Source: the human T2T-CHM13v2.0 reference genome, Homo sapiens. From it: DNA of 64,000 bases. The stretch lies in assembly GCF_009914755.1 (NCBI RefSeq), contig NC_060935.1; one strand, 5' to 3'. The translations under genes and the position numbers were made by a program. This document shows positions 13,966 to 29,329 of the stretch, piece after piece; position 1 is the stretch's first letter; every line of letters starts with the position of its first letter. The notes beneath the pieces were generated by a model. It saw nothing but the letters and a program-made list of their open reading frames with translations. It had not been told where the DNA came from and searched no databases.

Positions 13966-15761
13966 TGTTCTCTGTCTCTTGTATCTCCCCATGACCTTCA
14001 GTGTTCAGACACTGGGTCACCTCTCATTTCCTAAATGTCTGTTCTCTTTCTTGCCTCTCCAAGTTCAGCTGCAGAGCAGCTGCATTCCTCAGTAGGCAGT
14101 GGGAGAGACTCTGTCTTTCTCCTGCGCTGCAGCCCGTCTCATCACAGGCTTCAGGTGGTCCCTTTGGGCTCCCACAGCAGTCAAGCTTCCTGCGCATGAT
14201 TAAAGGGATGCTGGTGCTTCTGAAATAAAGCACCAGGGGCAGAGGCTGATGGCTCAAGCCCAATCCCCAGGTCTCCCAGAGCTGGCTTCCCTGGTAGGCA
14301 ATCACAGACTTTGCAGGGAGGAGCCATCTCCTTTGTTCTTATGTGTTGCTTCTTTCTTGCTACCCAGGCTCATGTTAATTGCTTTTCTGACATTTTTTCT
14401 GGCAAGTGATTTTTGCTGCTGCTTGTGGAGGTGACATGGCAAGCCCACAAGGGAGCGATAACAATGACCTAATGCAGAGCCGAGGAGGCTGGGGCTCCTA
14501 TACGGGGTAGAAGATAATGAAGTTGAGTCATGAACAATTTGTTCTAAATGGTCAGTGAGATAGGCTCAGAGCCTTCAGAAATGAGAGTAGCCTGTGGCCA
14601 AGGCTTTCCTGAGAAGTTGTTCCCTCGGCCTTTGTAGTTCTGGCAGACCACCCTTCCTGGTGCAGGGACCTCAGGATGTGGGAACCTGTGCACAGGGCTA
14701 GATGATTCCTAAGGTCTTCCAAGAGCTTGTGAATGTCGGCAGCACAGAGACTAGAACTATGATGATCCTATCTTCCCAGCTACCTGTCAGAACACGTAGT
14801 CTGGTAATCCAGCAACTCCATTAGCCCAGATATTTATTCCACTTACTCTGTGCCAGGCATGGTGTTAGCTGGAGACATGACAGTAAATGGGTCACAGTTC
14901 CTACCTCAGTTCAGCTCACAGCCCGGATGGGAGACAGACCCACACTTAGATAATTATAATGCAGCAGGGCGAGTACCAGGATCCAGTGATGTATGGGGGT
15001 TATTCTGAGCACAGAGGAGAGGTCTCAGGGGCCAGGACAGGCTTCCTGGAGGCAGCACCAACACTACTGAGTCTTGAATAAGCAGAAGTTATAGCTGGGC
15101 CAGGCCAAGGGGAGTATAGGGGTGAGGAGGGAAGAGCTGATTTCTTCTCCTGCCTGAACCACCTGTTTAAAAGCAACATGGGGAAACAAAGCCATATGAA
15201 GAGGGGAAGTTGACAAGCACAAGTCCCTTGACTCTACAGAACAAATTTTAATCTCCCTTTCTTTGTACGAGGGTCTCCAACTCAGTGTCCAGCCACCCAA
15301 GCTCTAGCCTGTGGGGACCCTTCATAACTCCTCCCAGGGGGTCAAGGCAACCCAGCATTTCCTGGGGGATGCAGATGAGTGTGGCCTAATAATTCTTGCT
15401 CCAATCAGCGACTGTCTAAAATGTGGGCAACCTGAGCACCCAGTGCCATCCAGAGCTCAGGGTAGGTGCTCATCATGTCCTTGATTGCAGCTGCATGTGT
15501 GTTTGCCTCTTACCTGTCATGATGATCAACAGGAGCTCGGCAGTTGTAATCAGCAACGAGAGTTACACATGTCATTAGGTTTACAGAGTAACATGGGCCA
15601 GGCCAGAAGATATGTCTGCAAGAGGTCTCCTTGGTATGGCCAGCTATGGCCAGAGGAATAATAAAGGCAAGGCCTTCCCAGGTGGGCACCTCTGCTATTT
15701 TCTACTGGAGGCAGGGGCTGAGTCCTCGAGTGGGGAAATGCCGATGTGGCCAGTTTCTCTA

Positions 15762-16289
<528 letters not shown>

Positions 16290-16469
16290 TCAGCTGTGCA
16301 GCTTTGAACACTTAACTTCTTTCAATGTGAGTTTCTCATCTATTAAATGGGGTTAATCATGTCTATTTGTATCTATTTCCAAAGAGTGTTGTGAAGATCC
16401 AAGGGGATAGCACGTGTAAAGCACATTCTTCTTACCTTTTATCTCCCTGAGCTGAGTGTAGAGGCTGCA

Positions 16470-16870
16470 GTCATTCATTGAACAATTGTTTATTGTCTAC
16501 TTATTGCTAACCATTGTTGCGGGTTCTGCGGAAACAGTAATGAACAAAAGTCTCTGTTCTCATCAAGTTCACATTCTGGTGGGGAAGCTTGAAAATAAGT
16601 AAGTAAACTAAGCAGGATAACTTCAGATAGTGATAAAAGCTATACAGAAAAGGAAACAGGCCCATAGGATAGAAGTGATTTGGTGGGAGGCCTGAAGAGG
16701 CTTTAGGGAGCACAGTGGTCTTTGAACCAAGACCTGGAGGCCAAGAAGGAGCTGGGCCTGCGGAGACCTGAGGAAGAGCATTCCAGGCAGAGAGAAGAGC
16801 AAGGGCACAAAGTGCTGAGGTGGGAAAGCATTTGGCAAGAAAGAAGATGCTTGCAGGAGGAGCACTGTGA
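16470..16870 (-). mobile_element. L2 3' fragment
   Basis: tcattcattgaacaattgtttattg start and gaagagcattccaggcagag motif typical of L2. Confidence 0.7.
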
Positions 16871-17054
16871 ACCCTGGGGAGTGTGGGATGAGGAGAGGAG
16901 CAGGAGTGAGTTCCATGCATGTTCCCAAACTCTGTGCTGAGGTGTTCTTGGAGCTGCTGTGGATTCAGAGGGGCTCTTTGAGATATTTTAAAGGCCAAAG
17001 GCAACACTCAACTTTTGTTGGGCTCCATGCAAACTACTAAGTAGTGCAGGATAG

Positions 17055-17395
<341 letters not shown>

Positions 17396-18199
17396 TGCCC
17401 TACATGTTTTTTGATAAAACCATATTTTTCTGAAGCTACATTTTCAGTTTTTGTCATTTGCTGTGACATAAAACACGTACCATGGGAAAATCAATATAGA
17501 ATAGGAAATGAGGGCGGCAGCGTCTAATCCAATTCCAAGGTCTGAGAAGTTGCGCAGTGCTCAACAAGCACACACATCCCGTTAGTGAGAAGTTGTGGCT
17601 AAGAATGAGATAAGTTTTTTTTTCTAGTTTATATGCAATATTTTTTCTAGTGGCTACTAGTTGTTAGGACAGAAATACTTCTTACTTGGGTCTAGCTACT
17701 TAATACACAGAACAGTCAGGTATTTCTTTAGGCCTAGGGTTACTGTGAAAAAAAGCATTGAGACATTAAGGGCATGATAAACAGACAAGGTTAGAAACTC
17801 CCGGGCTAGGTGATGAGCTGTCATGAAATCTTTCTCATTTCAAGCGCACAACTTCATATTGTTGCCTTTTCATAGACCCAGGGGTGTGTGTTTCTGTGCA
17901 TTTGTGGATAACCTGAAAACGTCGTCTAGATTTTGTAACTGGGAGGGTCCCCAACCTGCCTGACCATTAGGATCACCTGGGGGAACTTTGCAAAAATAGT
18001 TCCCTGGCCTCTGCCCAGGGGATTCTAATTCAGTGGGTCTGACATTTGAATCTGAGTTCAAAGATCTCTGCTCCAACTCGCATTCTTTCAGGCAGCCAGG
18101 ATGGCCCAAGTGGAGCCGGCCTGCCCAGATTTGGGGGTCCTAGTTGTTATACGTTGTGCCTGGGGCCAGGCTGTGTGGCTTTTTCGGATCCCCAAGACT

Positions 18200-18760
18200 G
18201 GGAAGGGGCGTGGAGCACGTGTCCGTTGGAACCCTGGGGGAGGTCGGTGCTGGAAGCGCTCATCTCCACCTCCAGTCTGGGTGCGCTGCGTGAGTGACCC
18301 GAAAGGAAGATGATTCTTGCCGTAGGAAGCCCCTGCCAGGACAGTCACCACCTCCCAGGCCCAGTGGACTCGGACCCGAGCGTCCTCCGGGAGGGTTTCT
18401 GGGGCGTGGCGGCTGAGCGCGGTTCGGGGAGACGCGGCCGGGAGGTGGCAGCAGCGGCCCTCTGGCAGCCACGGTGCGTGCCGGGGGGCGGGGACGCGGG
18501 CGGCTCCGGGCGGGCGTGGTCCCTCTTGCGGGCGCCTGGGCTGGTCGGGCGGATCCCGGAGAGGGGGAGCCGCGGGGACGCAGCGACAGACTCGGGGTGC
18601 TGGCAGCGGCAGCCCACGCCTCCCAGGGATTGCAGGCCTGGGCGCCGGGGTTGGACCAGTCTCCCGGGCATGGCACGCCCTGGTTATTCTGTACCCGTGA
18701 TTTGTGGCGGGGCAAGACGTTAAGTTGGGTGACACCGAGGTGAGCCACGGTCCTCGGCAC
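18200..18760 (+). promoter_or_regulatory. CpG island / probable promoter and first exon(s) of an unidentified + strand gene
   Basis: Highest GC and CpG density in the window; GC boxes; + strand donor-like sites gtgagt (18290), acg|gtgcgt (18474), gag|gtgagc (18740), aag|gtgtga (18788); G-runs at 18483-18514. Confidence 0.75.
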
Positions 18761-19299
18761 CAGATGAGGAACCACTGTCTCAATAAGGTGTGACATGGAA
18801 AATGTGTGTGTCTTATGTGTGACTGAAAAATACCTCCTTTGCTGACGTCTAAAATTTCACTATTAGAGATGCATTCTTTTGTCCTAAAGATTATTCTCTA
18901 TTCAAGGCCCTGGGAGGGAGCAGTGCATTAGAACTTGAACTCTTTAGGGTGAGAATGATTTAATCTTATCTTTGTCGGCGAGGGAAGGGTTAGCCCTCAG
19001 TGCTCAAGACACAAAGAGGACTGAAGGCGCATTAATTGGTACTTGCTAATCAAGCCTTAGAGACCAGAGCACTCCAGGGGAATTTTACTTTGGAGAGAAA
19101 TCTCATTGGCCCTGGAGCAGCCCTGTATCCACTTTGTGAATGTTTTAGAGAGGGTTAATGGGGTACTAGCACAGTGTGATTAGTTCAGTTCATTGGATTA
19201 TCATTTTGTAAAAGAGGCAGCATCTTTACTAGTACTCTAATAAATTATAAAATTATTATATCCATTTCTGTTCCTTGTACCTTCTTTCTTTGAATTAAG

Positions 19300-19490
19300 A
19301 AAATGGTGTGGTAAGGTACAGTGAACTTTTGAGCCAGAAATTCCTGGCTTGGAGACCCCTCTCTGCCATCTGTTGACTGGCTCTGTAATTCTGGAAAACA
19401 CCCTTTCTAAACTTCAGTTTTCTCATCTGTAAAATGGGAAAAATGCTGCCTACTTGGATGGTGATTGTGAGCATTAAATTAAATTCTGGA
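19300..19490 (+). mobile_element. MIR
   Basis: MIR core cttcagttttctcatctgtaaaatggg. Confidence 0.75.
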
Positions 19491-19597
19491 GGGAAAATAT
19501 CTGGTATTTGTGTACTGATTTCAGGTCTCAGTGCTGTGTGTGTAATGGTTACCGTGAGAGCTTCCCTGCAATCCGAATTTGTGTGTCTCATTCTCAG

Positions 19598-19731
19598 TGA
19601 CACCAGTGATGCTGTTAAACAAGGACAATCCGGTTCATGGATTGTGACAACGCACGCTGACATCAAGCAGACCCTGCCGTCAGGTACAGAGGGCACCACA
19701 GTGACCAGGAACTGCTGTCCTTTCATACCAG
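19598..19731 (+). other. Candidate non-coding (5'UTR) exon
   Basis: Acceptor gtctcattctcag| (AG 19596-19597); donors cag|gtacag (exon end 19683) or cag|gtttta (19731); unique CpG-retaining sequence about 1 kb downstream of the island. Confidence 0.35.
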
Positions 19732-20529
19732 GTTTTAGGAGGCTTTACCAGAAGGAATGGAAAATGCTGGTGGGCAGTAAGATTGAAACAGCATCTGAGG
19801 ACTGGTTCTGCACAAAACCTTAAATTCTTCAAGGACTTTGACATTTGTTTATTCTTGTAACAAATTAAAACCTATCCTGTGTGTTGGTTAGAGATCTTCA
19901 AACTGTAAATACCTTGAGGCAGGAGTGAGGTTTTTATCTTTTAAAGGACAGGCCCCTACTCTCCTACGTAATGAGTTTCTAAAAATGGATGTGAGCACCA
20001 ATCAATATTTCTCTGGTTGTTAAAGTCAAGAATAAAATGGTATTTTTAAGCTCGCAACTGTGTAGGATGAATTCTGTACACTTTTATTTCCCTCTGTTCT
20101 CCTTTCCTATTTGAAAGTTTATTAGTTTGTGGACTTGGGATCGGATTATTCATGCATTATTTTTTGATGTTGTATGTCTCTTGGTTCTTGGGTATTTTTG
20201 ACACATATTCTGTCTTGTAACCATAGTTAAACAATTGTTTTAGACCAACTCTCTGTGTGTAATTGGCTTCAACACTCACTGCTAGTCCTTTGACGCTCTG
20301 TTTTTTTCCATTCTTGAGTAATTTTAAGTCATCACTTGGGCAGTTGAAATATATTTTAAAGTGATTTAAAGAATATGTGAGTGGCAGACATTCTGAACTC
20401 TTTTGGTTGTCTGTCCTCAAAAACTAAAACTTATTTGTGAGTAAAATTTTCATCTAAGTGTTTTCCATATAAAAACTCTGTCAGCTACTGCTCCATTGTA
20501 GTAGACACAAAAAAGTCAGCACAATTTTC

Positions 20530-20640
20530 ATCCCTCCCTCCCTCCCTTCTCTTCCCCTTCCCCTTCTTGCCCTCCTTCCTTCCTTCCTTCTTTCCTTCCT
20601 TCCTTCCTTCCTTCCTTCCTTCCTTCCTTCCTTCCTTTTT
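20530..20640. repeat. (TTCC)n polypyrimidine microsatellite
   Basis: Directly visible. Confidence 0.95.
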
Positions 20641-23600
20641 CTTTTGTTTCTGAATGTACAAAGAAAACACTTAAAAATTTGCTTGTAATTTAAAAACTTG
20701 TCAGGATATTTCTGGATTTGAGTGTTTCTTGGTTACTTTTACCTGGAACCTGGTGAACTGAGTCCATTCCTCTGTTTGCCCTTTCTGTACTTTTTTGGAA
20801 AGTTTTCTTTAATTATATCTTCAATTATTGTTTCTCTTTTGATTGTTCTAGATTCTTCTTCAGAAACATAACTCTTAGGCTCAATCTCTATTCCTGGTCT
20901 TCCATAGCTATCGTCTTCTTTTTAAAGTACTGTATTTTATTGAATCTAAGCTAGTATTTGTTGTAAGAAGCACTATTATTATATGTACAACTAAGGAAGA
21001 AAAAATGCTGCCAATTAAACTGTGACATAATGCCATGATTACAGTCCTGTGAAATTGGTAAGTTGCTCACACCATTCTCTCTCTTATTTTGATAGACTTC
21101 ATCTATTTTGAGGGACTTGGCAGTTGCTCCTGCCTTTGGTTGCATTGTTTGGCATGTGACAGGCAATTCTTTTTGCATGAGTCTCAGTTACAAAACATAA
21201 CACAGTTTCTACTTAAGGATACCTTCTTTTCTTGGGTCCTGTCAAGCACTTAGTTTAAAAAAAAAAAAAGAATTGCAGTGGTTGGTCCAATAATAGACAT
21301 TTGCTTCAGTAATATCAAATTACATCCTGCTGCTTGAATTCCATGCCTTTCTGCATACATAATAACTTCTCGTTTCAATGCCAAACCATAGTGTAATCTT
21401 TTAAAAGACATTTTAAATGGCAATTAAACTCACATGTAATTGCAACAATGTATACAACTCAATTAAAGTGCTAACAACATGAACAACTGAGACCAAGTTC
21501 ACCCATGCCCAGGTCTTGATGACCTCACCATGGCAGCTCCCTGGCCCAGGGTGATTATAAGATGCCAGTGATTGCAAGACTTGGCCTGATTTCAGAAGTG
21601 ATGATGTGGCAACACAGACATCTTAGAATTAAGGAAATAGTTTTAATTCTTGGTGCTCTTTCTTGGCATTCTGAAAGTGTTCCTCCAGTTTGCCATCTAA
21701 GATATTCCTTAGTTTTCTGCCATGTCCATTTCACTCATTTACTCCTTCCTATATGACTTTTAATTATTGTTTAATAATTTAATTTTCTTGGGAATATCTT
21801 TCTCTTGTTACAACCAGTTTCCTTTATATCTTTTCTTGGACTCCATTGGCCAAATTCTCTTTCATAAGCCTGAAGCCCCTAATATTTACCCTGAGACTGT
21901 ATTCTAGTTAGTAGAATGTGAATGGAGGTGATGTGTGTGACATATAGGACTTCCCCATAAGAGCCTTTAATGAGTTGTCCTCTGTTCTCTTTCCCCTCTT
22001 CCAGCTGAGTGCCATGAGAGGACAGTGACAACCTTGGGGCCTCATGGTGAAGGTGGCAGAAACTTTGTTAGCCTGGGTGCTCAGGGTGGACAGCTGCTCT
22101 TGCCAACCGGGAACATTTGCCTTGAGCTCTTTTGTAAGTGACAGATAAGCTTTTATTGTACTTCAGCCAAGATACAAACATTGGACGTATTTGTACAGCA
22201 GCTAAAGGTACTATAATAATACATATTCTGAAATCACTATGTACCCTAAAATATTTTAACAAAATTCTTGCAATATTTGTATGAGAACTGCTGGATTTTG
22301 CTTTCTTACCAAATTTGCTGTTGCTACTGAAAAAAGAGAATAACTTGGACAATGAAATGATCTCAAATGAGGTAATAAAATCATTACTGAATTTTAACAG
22401 TCCCATCATTTCTGCCAAAAAAAAGAAGCAGCTTTAGAATGCCATTCTTCTCCAGTGGGTGTGTGCTGGTCTGATTTGCTCGGACGTTTGCAGAGGGAAG
22501 AACACTTACAAGTAGTAAGGGGCTGAAGTCTGAGTGGATCATATCTGAATATTGTTTAATATTTTTTTAGATGACATATTTTTTAAAACTCCACTCTTCT
22601 AGCTAACTGCTTTCTCTTGATATCCTAAAAGTTTTGCTTCACTGTTTATTTTAAAAGAATCACAATTAGGTCTAACATAAACAAGGGAGCCGGCCCCCCA
22701 TCACACTTTTGTAAGAACCTAAAATGTCATCTCACATGCCAGTCTTTGAAGCTTATCCTGATATCAGTTTAACTCAGCTTGTTTTCTGTATCTATATATC
22801 TATATGTATTTGTGTGTGTGTATATATATATGTATGTGTATATATATGGTTTTCAGTTTCAATTTCATAGGGCCATATTATGTTTTTATATTATAAATGC
22901 CAGTTTTAAAACATTTTCTTCTGGTTTCTATAGTAAGTTATCTTCAGAAGTGTGCTCTTTTTCTTAGTCTTCTGGGTGAGGCTCTGTTTCCCTTATTCTC
23001 TTATGGTGAATGCTGTTTTTCCATAGGCCTCCTGAGGGTTCCCTCCCCTATATCCCCAATTCCAGCCTGGCACATTGTTTACCTTTAAGCAAGTAGAGCT
23101 CCATGGAGCCTTGGTGCTTGCTTGCTAAAAGAGGAAGTGTAGACTGTGCAGATTGTCCTTGGCTTTGCTCACTGCCTTATTCCTAGGTCTGTAGCTGAAG
23201 GTCAGTTGTGGTGCACAGCTCCCCAGAATTGAAGGGCATTCATCTTGTGCGGCCCTGCTGAACTGGCATGGGATCTCTCCCTTCCTCTTCTGCCTATTCT
23301 CTAACAAACAGAACTGATGGGGGATGTGAAAATCTTACTCTCCAGCACAAACTACCTTTGTGCTTCCTATAAGGCATGCTGTGTGGAAAAAATGCCTTCC
23401 AAAACATGACGTGCCATTGCTAATCCTCTTCCCCTTCCTACTCTGTGGTTTCCCAGTAATTGCATTCTATGAATGGATGTAGATAGAGGGAGAGGGAATA
23501 GTTCTCCGGCTCCTCCAAAGAGTAGCAGTCATAATAGAGAGCCAGGTTTTCATTTGGCTTGGTCCTGGGTCTCTGAACTGGGGGTAGACAGTAGGAGAGA

Positions 23601-26134
23601 AAGAAAATGTCTATCATCTTTCGAGACAATGTGCTGTTCTGTTTTCTAAGGCGAAGCATGGACTGTTTGTCTCAATGCAGCTCAGCTTTAGCAGCTTTAT
23701 TTAGTTAGTAGAGATTCCTTCTAGATTCTGGTAACAGGTTGTTAGTCTTCATTTTCATTATTGTTGTGAGTTTTTGTCATTTTTCTGTGTAATAAATAAT
23801 TTAGGGAGAAGTTTGGAGACACTTTGTCAGGAACTTCTAGCCAAATGCCATTTTAAACTCTAAGTGGACCTGATTTTATTTTACTTAAAAAAATTAGGTC
23901 TGGGAATGAGTTCAGTTTATTTATTCGTCATGTTCTGCTTGCCTTAAACCACTTATGAAGTGTCCGCGGCCTCCAAGGTTGCCTTCCAATGCTTTTCTAC
24001 ATCTCATTGCTGCCTGCACCTTTGGAGGAGGCAGGGTGAGTGAGACCTTTTTTGGTAGCTTGTAGCCATGCCAAGCAGTCATCAGATGGTGGGTAATTTC
24101 TTTTACCTAGGGTCTCATTCACGGTTCTTTGGTTGTTAATAATAGAAACCAACTACAGCCAGTTGTGGGGTAGCGGGGTGCGGGAAGGGGAAAGAGTACA
24201 TTGTGATACTGGGATATCTTACAAGATCCCAGGACAATTGGGCCTTTTAAGAGGTGGGACTGGGAGCTCTGAAGCTGTTAGGAGCCCATAGTCCTTGTTC
24301 ATTCTCTTCCTCTGCATCCCTGTAAAAGAAACATTAATTGCAAACAAAGTCCTGTTCAGGGTGTACATGTGACTTTGCTCCTCACGTGCATGGCATAAAA
24401 TGGATGCCCCATAGCTCCTGAGTTTTCCTCTTGTTTATCCAAGTAACCAGCTCAGATTGACTGGATGCCTCTAAGTCCTAATTTCAGACTCCCAGGGAGA
24501 GAGAGAACTGGATGGGCTTGGGTCACGTGACCACCCTAGTCCAGTCGATATGGATGTGTGTCTGTGTATGAGATGGTACAAGCATGACTACTGGCAGTTG
24601 TCAGAGAAAGGGGCTTATTTTGAACTCGGCAAGTCCCTGCCACCCTTGGCTTTTGGAATCAAACCCCCTAGACCCAATCCTAAGGGGAGCAGGAGTTCCT
24701 GGCCATGTGTTCCTTGGGCAGAGTGGAGCACTCGTCTTCCCACTGTGCTGTGGGGTCTTGGGGGGCTCTCGTGAAGAACTGTTGAGTAATTTATAAGACC
24801 GCACACCTGCATCTCCGGCTGACTCCCATTACATTTTCCTTGGCCTTGTTCCCACTCCCCTCTAATCAGAAAGACTCTTTAATGAGAGATCCACATTTTG
24901 CAAACTTCCTTTCTAGCAGAGACATTATTTGGAAACCAAAGTCTTCCTTCAGTTCCAAAGTGGGACCAGTCAAAGTGGATGTGGCCCTTCTGCCACCGTT
25001 ACTTTTTTCTATGCAGGTAGAAATGGAAATAGGTTTTTCATAGATACATGCAATGGCATTCCGCTGAAGTTAGCAATGTAGGGAGAGCACTGGCCTAGGG
25101 GTCAGAAGTTCAGATTTTGTTCTTGACACTGCCTTTCATGTAAAACTTCAAGACTTTGAGCAATTTTACAAATCAACCCAAATCTCAGTTTTTAAATTAA
25201 TAAAATGGGGATAATATTTTCTTTGTTTATCATCTTATCAAGTGCTTTAAATATGATCAAATTTCTATAAATAGAAGACATTCTTTATTACATGCCTTTG
25301 CATGGACTATTCATCACTTTCTAACAAAATTCCAATGGTTAATAGAGATTTGAGGTTTGACAGCAGCAGGAGAGGTGGGAACATAGAAAGAGTGATTAAA
25401 TAATCCATCTAATCATATAAGGTAAGTTAGAGGCAGAGCTGGGGTTAAGCCTTAAACACAGGTCTTCTCCAGGTCCTGTTTTTTCCCAGCAGACCCTCCT
25501 GTCTCAGTTTGCAGTTGGCCCATCCTGATCTGACATAAAAGAAGAGACTCCATGTTGAGATCCAACCAGAGCGCTAGGCCCTGCCCACATGATAAATGTC
25601 TGTGTGTATCCTGAACAAGACTTTTAGTTAAAAGTGCTGACTGCTTTGTAAATCTCTACGCCTGGGAGATCAGACCTGTTGGCATTTTCTCCTCTTCCTG
25701 CAGTGTCTCACGTACCGTGGTGGGTGGAGGAGGAGGTGAGAAGAACTGCAGTAGGCAGGGACTCAGCAGAAGTAAGGCAGGTCTAGGGGGTGATTTTCTC
25801 ATCTGTGCCTTCTGCGGACTTTGTGGGATGAAATAGGGTTAAACTAAATGACAAAACCTGAAGAAATGAGGCCTCACTTCCTTTGGTTTTGAAGCAGCAG
25901 AGGAAATGTGACAGGAAAAGCAAAAGGAGTAGGTACCACTGTTAGAGCACTTTATAGTTTACAAGGGCGTTCATGGGTGCTGGGCCACTGATCTTCACAA
26001 GCAACCCCGTGGGCCGGATTTTGTTATTGTTGCTGTAATCTGGACAAGGATCTGGATAACCAGTCCAGCCAAGATTAAGAACCACTGCTCTCTGCTTTCC
26101 CCAAATTCATGGCAGGGGATCAGTAACCTTCTGA

Positions 26135-26290
26135 CTTATTGCTTCTCCAACTTTAATGTGCATAAGAAATACCCGTGGCTGTTGTTAAACATCAGATTCT
26201 GAACCAGGAGGTCTGGGAGGGCCTGAGATTCTGCATTTCTAATCAGCGACCAGGTGGTGCTGCTGGTCCTGGAACCACCTTTGAACAGTA
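26135..26290. mobile_element. MER5A-like hAT-Charlie MITE
   Basis: ttctccaactttaatgtgcata...ggcctgagattctgcatttctaa...ccacctttgaacagta. Confidence 0.75.
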
Positions 26291-26426
26291 AGGTAATCTG
26301 ACCAATACACCTCCCTGATATTGACCACCTGCAGGGCTGGGTGTCACCTGACCCAGGATCCCCAGCTGTGCTCAGGTGGACTCTCCCCTTTCCACATGGC
26401 CCCCCTGCCTTTCTCCCCACCCTCTT

Positions 26427-26958
26427 TGTATTAGATTCTCCAAGGGTCCCATGACAGGCCTTCTGCAAGATGGGGAATGAGAACAGTTGGTAACTTGGCT
26501 CAGTCCAAATCTGAAATCTCAAAACCAGGAATGAGCAGGCAGGTGAGCCCACAGCGCAGCCCCAAGTCTAAGGCTGAAGACCTGAGAGCCCCCGGCAGGC
26601 TGATGGTGCAAGTCCCAGAGTCAGAGGCCAAAGGACTGGTGTCTGATGGCCAAGGGCAGGAGGAGAGAAAGCAAAGTATCCCATGTGGGAAAGGAGAGAG
26701 AGAGGGGATGGGGCGGCGGAGAGGAAACTCAGTAAGCTGAATATGCCCCCTCCTCTGCCTGCTTTGCTCTGGCCGTGCTGGCAGCCGACTGGATGGTGTC
26801 CTCCCCGTTGAGGGTGGGTCTTCCTCTCCCAGTCCACTAACTCCCAAGTTCACATCGTCTGAAAACACCCCCACAGACGCACCCAGAAACAATGCTTCAC
26901 CAGCCACCTCGGCCTCTCTCAGTCCAGTCAAGTGGACAGCTGATATTCACACTCACAC
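26427..26958 (-). mobile_element. MLT2-type (ERVL) solo LTR
   Basis: tgtattag...cccagaaacaatgcttcaccagc...cagtccagtcaagtggaca...tcaca. Confidence 0.75.
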
Positions 26959-27654
26959 TCCCCAGCCATGCTGGTGTGGGACTCCGCCCGTTTGTGTGGT
27001 TGTACCCTGAGCCGCGGTGCCCCTTCCCTCCCACCACTGGATTTGCTCCTGTGGCTCCCAGACTGGGCTTCCTTCCAGCACTGCTTCTGGTGCCAGGGCC
27101 GGTGCCTTCCAGTTGCCCCATTTGTCGATGTCAGCCCAGTTCTAAGGTCTGCCAAGGCAGGAGGGAGGCTGTGCTGTGAAGACCAGAATGTCTGGTGTTT
27201 GGGATCAGAAGATTTGAGTCCTGCTGTGCTACTTCCTGGCTGTACGACCTTGAGCAAAAGTTACCTGACCTCCCTAAGCCTTAGTCTCCTCACATGTAAA
27301 GGGATGAAGATTGCTGCCTTATAGGTTTACTGTGAGATTAAATTAGATGATGTAGGTAAGGTACCCACATCAGAGACTGGTATGCTCAATAAGCAATCAT
27401 TCTATTATCGAGGAGGTTGGAACTAAGCGTTTATTGAATATCCAGCATGTGCTGTACGTGGCACTAAGTGATTTGTAGACATCATCTCATTTGAGCCACA
27501 GAACAACCCTGCAAGGTACACATGATTTTCTCTATGGTACCGGTTAGGTAATTGAAATCAGAAAGGGTAATGACTCACCCAAGAATGCACAGCAAGCAGG
27601 CTCTAGGACCAGAACTTGCATTCCTATTTGTTGAACTTTGAAACCTTTTGCAGG

Positions 27655-28064
<410 letters not shown>

Positions 28065-29329
28065 TGAAAGGCAGCCTCGCTGCTCTCCATTTGCCGTTGG
28101 AGGACAGACTGGCAAACAGGAACAGGCAGGTTAGAGATGAACAGCCAGGTCAGAAAGTGACTTTGATGGGAGACACTAACAAATGCTGCCTGTCTAGCCC
28201 CTGCCCTGTGAGCGAGGGAATGTGGGGCCTGCAGGAACTATAGGCTTTTGCATCTTCCTCAAGAGCAAAAAGCAATTTTTTTTTTGTGCCCTAGTGGATC
28301 AAGAAGGAGCTGGTGGCAGCAGGGTGAGTAGAGTGGTTGGGGAATGAATGAGATTTCCCTGTGGTTGAGGCGTGGGATGGAACGGACACACCAGCAGGCT
28401 CCCACCGACTCTCCATGCAAAAGAGTCCTGAGGGGCCCAATCTCACCCATCTCATCATCTGCCAGACCCAGGCACTGCCCATCATGAGTCTCTGCCTTTG
28501 CTGCCTGTGGCACTAGGTTGTTGATGTGTAATGTAAATCGTGCCTCCAGTAAAGCAGCCTGACAGCGGGGAGTATGCTGATGAGAACGTGAAAGTGGACT
28601 GGGGAGGCTGCAGGGAGCTGGCAGCTTGAAGTCCCAAATAATGGGCTGTGGAGCTTGTCTGGTCCCTTGCGGTGGACTCTTGCCCATCCCACGCCTTGCT
28701 CAGTGGGATGAGGAAACCACAGGGTGAGGGATGGAGACTGAGGCTAGAGACCTTAGATACGGCTGTCCCAGAGACTGGTTACTTAGCTCACTGTCCCCTC
28801 CAACCAGGCAAGCTGTGGCACAGTGCCCGACATGCTCCTTAGAACGGTGGCAGCATTGCCATGCGCTGCTGTGCAGTAGGAGGACAGTGACGCTTTTTGC
28901 ACTGCCCTTTCACATCTCTTAGTGCAGGCATTAAGATGAATCCATTTCACGGAGGAAGAGACGGAGCTAAGAGAAACTCAGCCAAAGTCTCCTGGCTTCC
29001 CAGTGACGGTGTTGGCCCTGTCTTACCGGATGGGAAACAGCACTCCACCTTACTTTATACCAGCTCTTGTAGCTCTAAAGCTTGTAGTTGTCTATCTTGA
29101 AAAATTTGCAGATTTTACACAATTACAGGGGAAAAAAAGAATGGTGACGTATGCTGCTTTATTTATATAGCTAGATTCATACATTTGTGATAGTTCTATT
29201 ATGTCTCACAGTTACCAAAATTCTTTTTATCTGAGAATGGGGAGTAAGGGCTTTGCAGAAGAAGAGTCCTCTCCCCTCATCCTTATAACTGCTAAATTGA
29301 GATCCTCTAATTCACTTAAAGCTTTATTT

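Noticed and set aside
14524-14530. Scattered AP-1 (TGASTCA) and E-box motifs
   Set aside because: Frequency is compatible with chance and several lie in repeats
18088-18796. Long ORFs (231, 178 and 137 aa) over the CpG island
   Set aside because: Pro/Arg/Gly-rich, open on both strands and in several frames, as expected from stop-codon scarcity in GC-rich DNA; no recognisable domain
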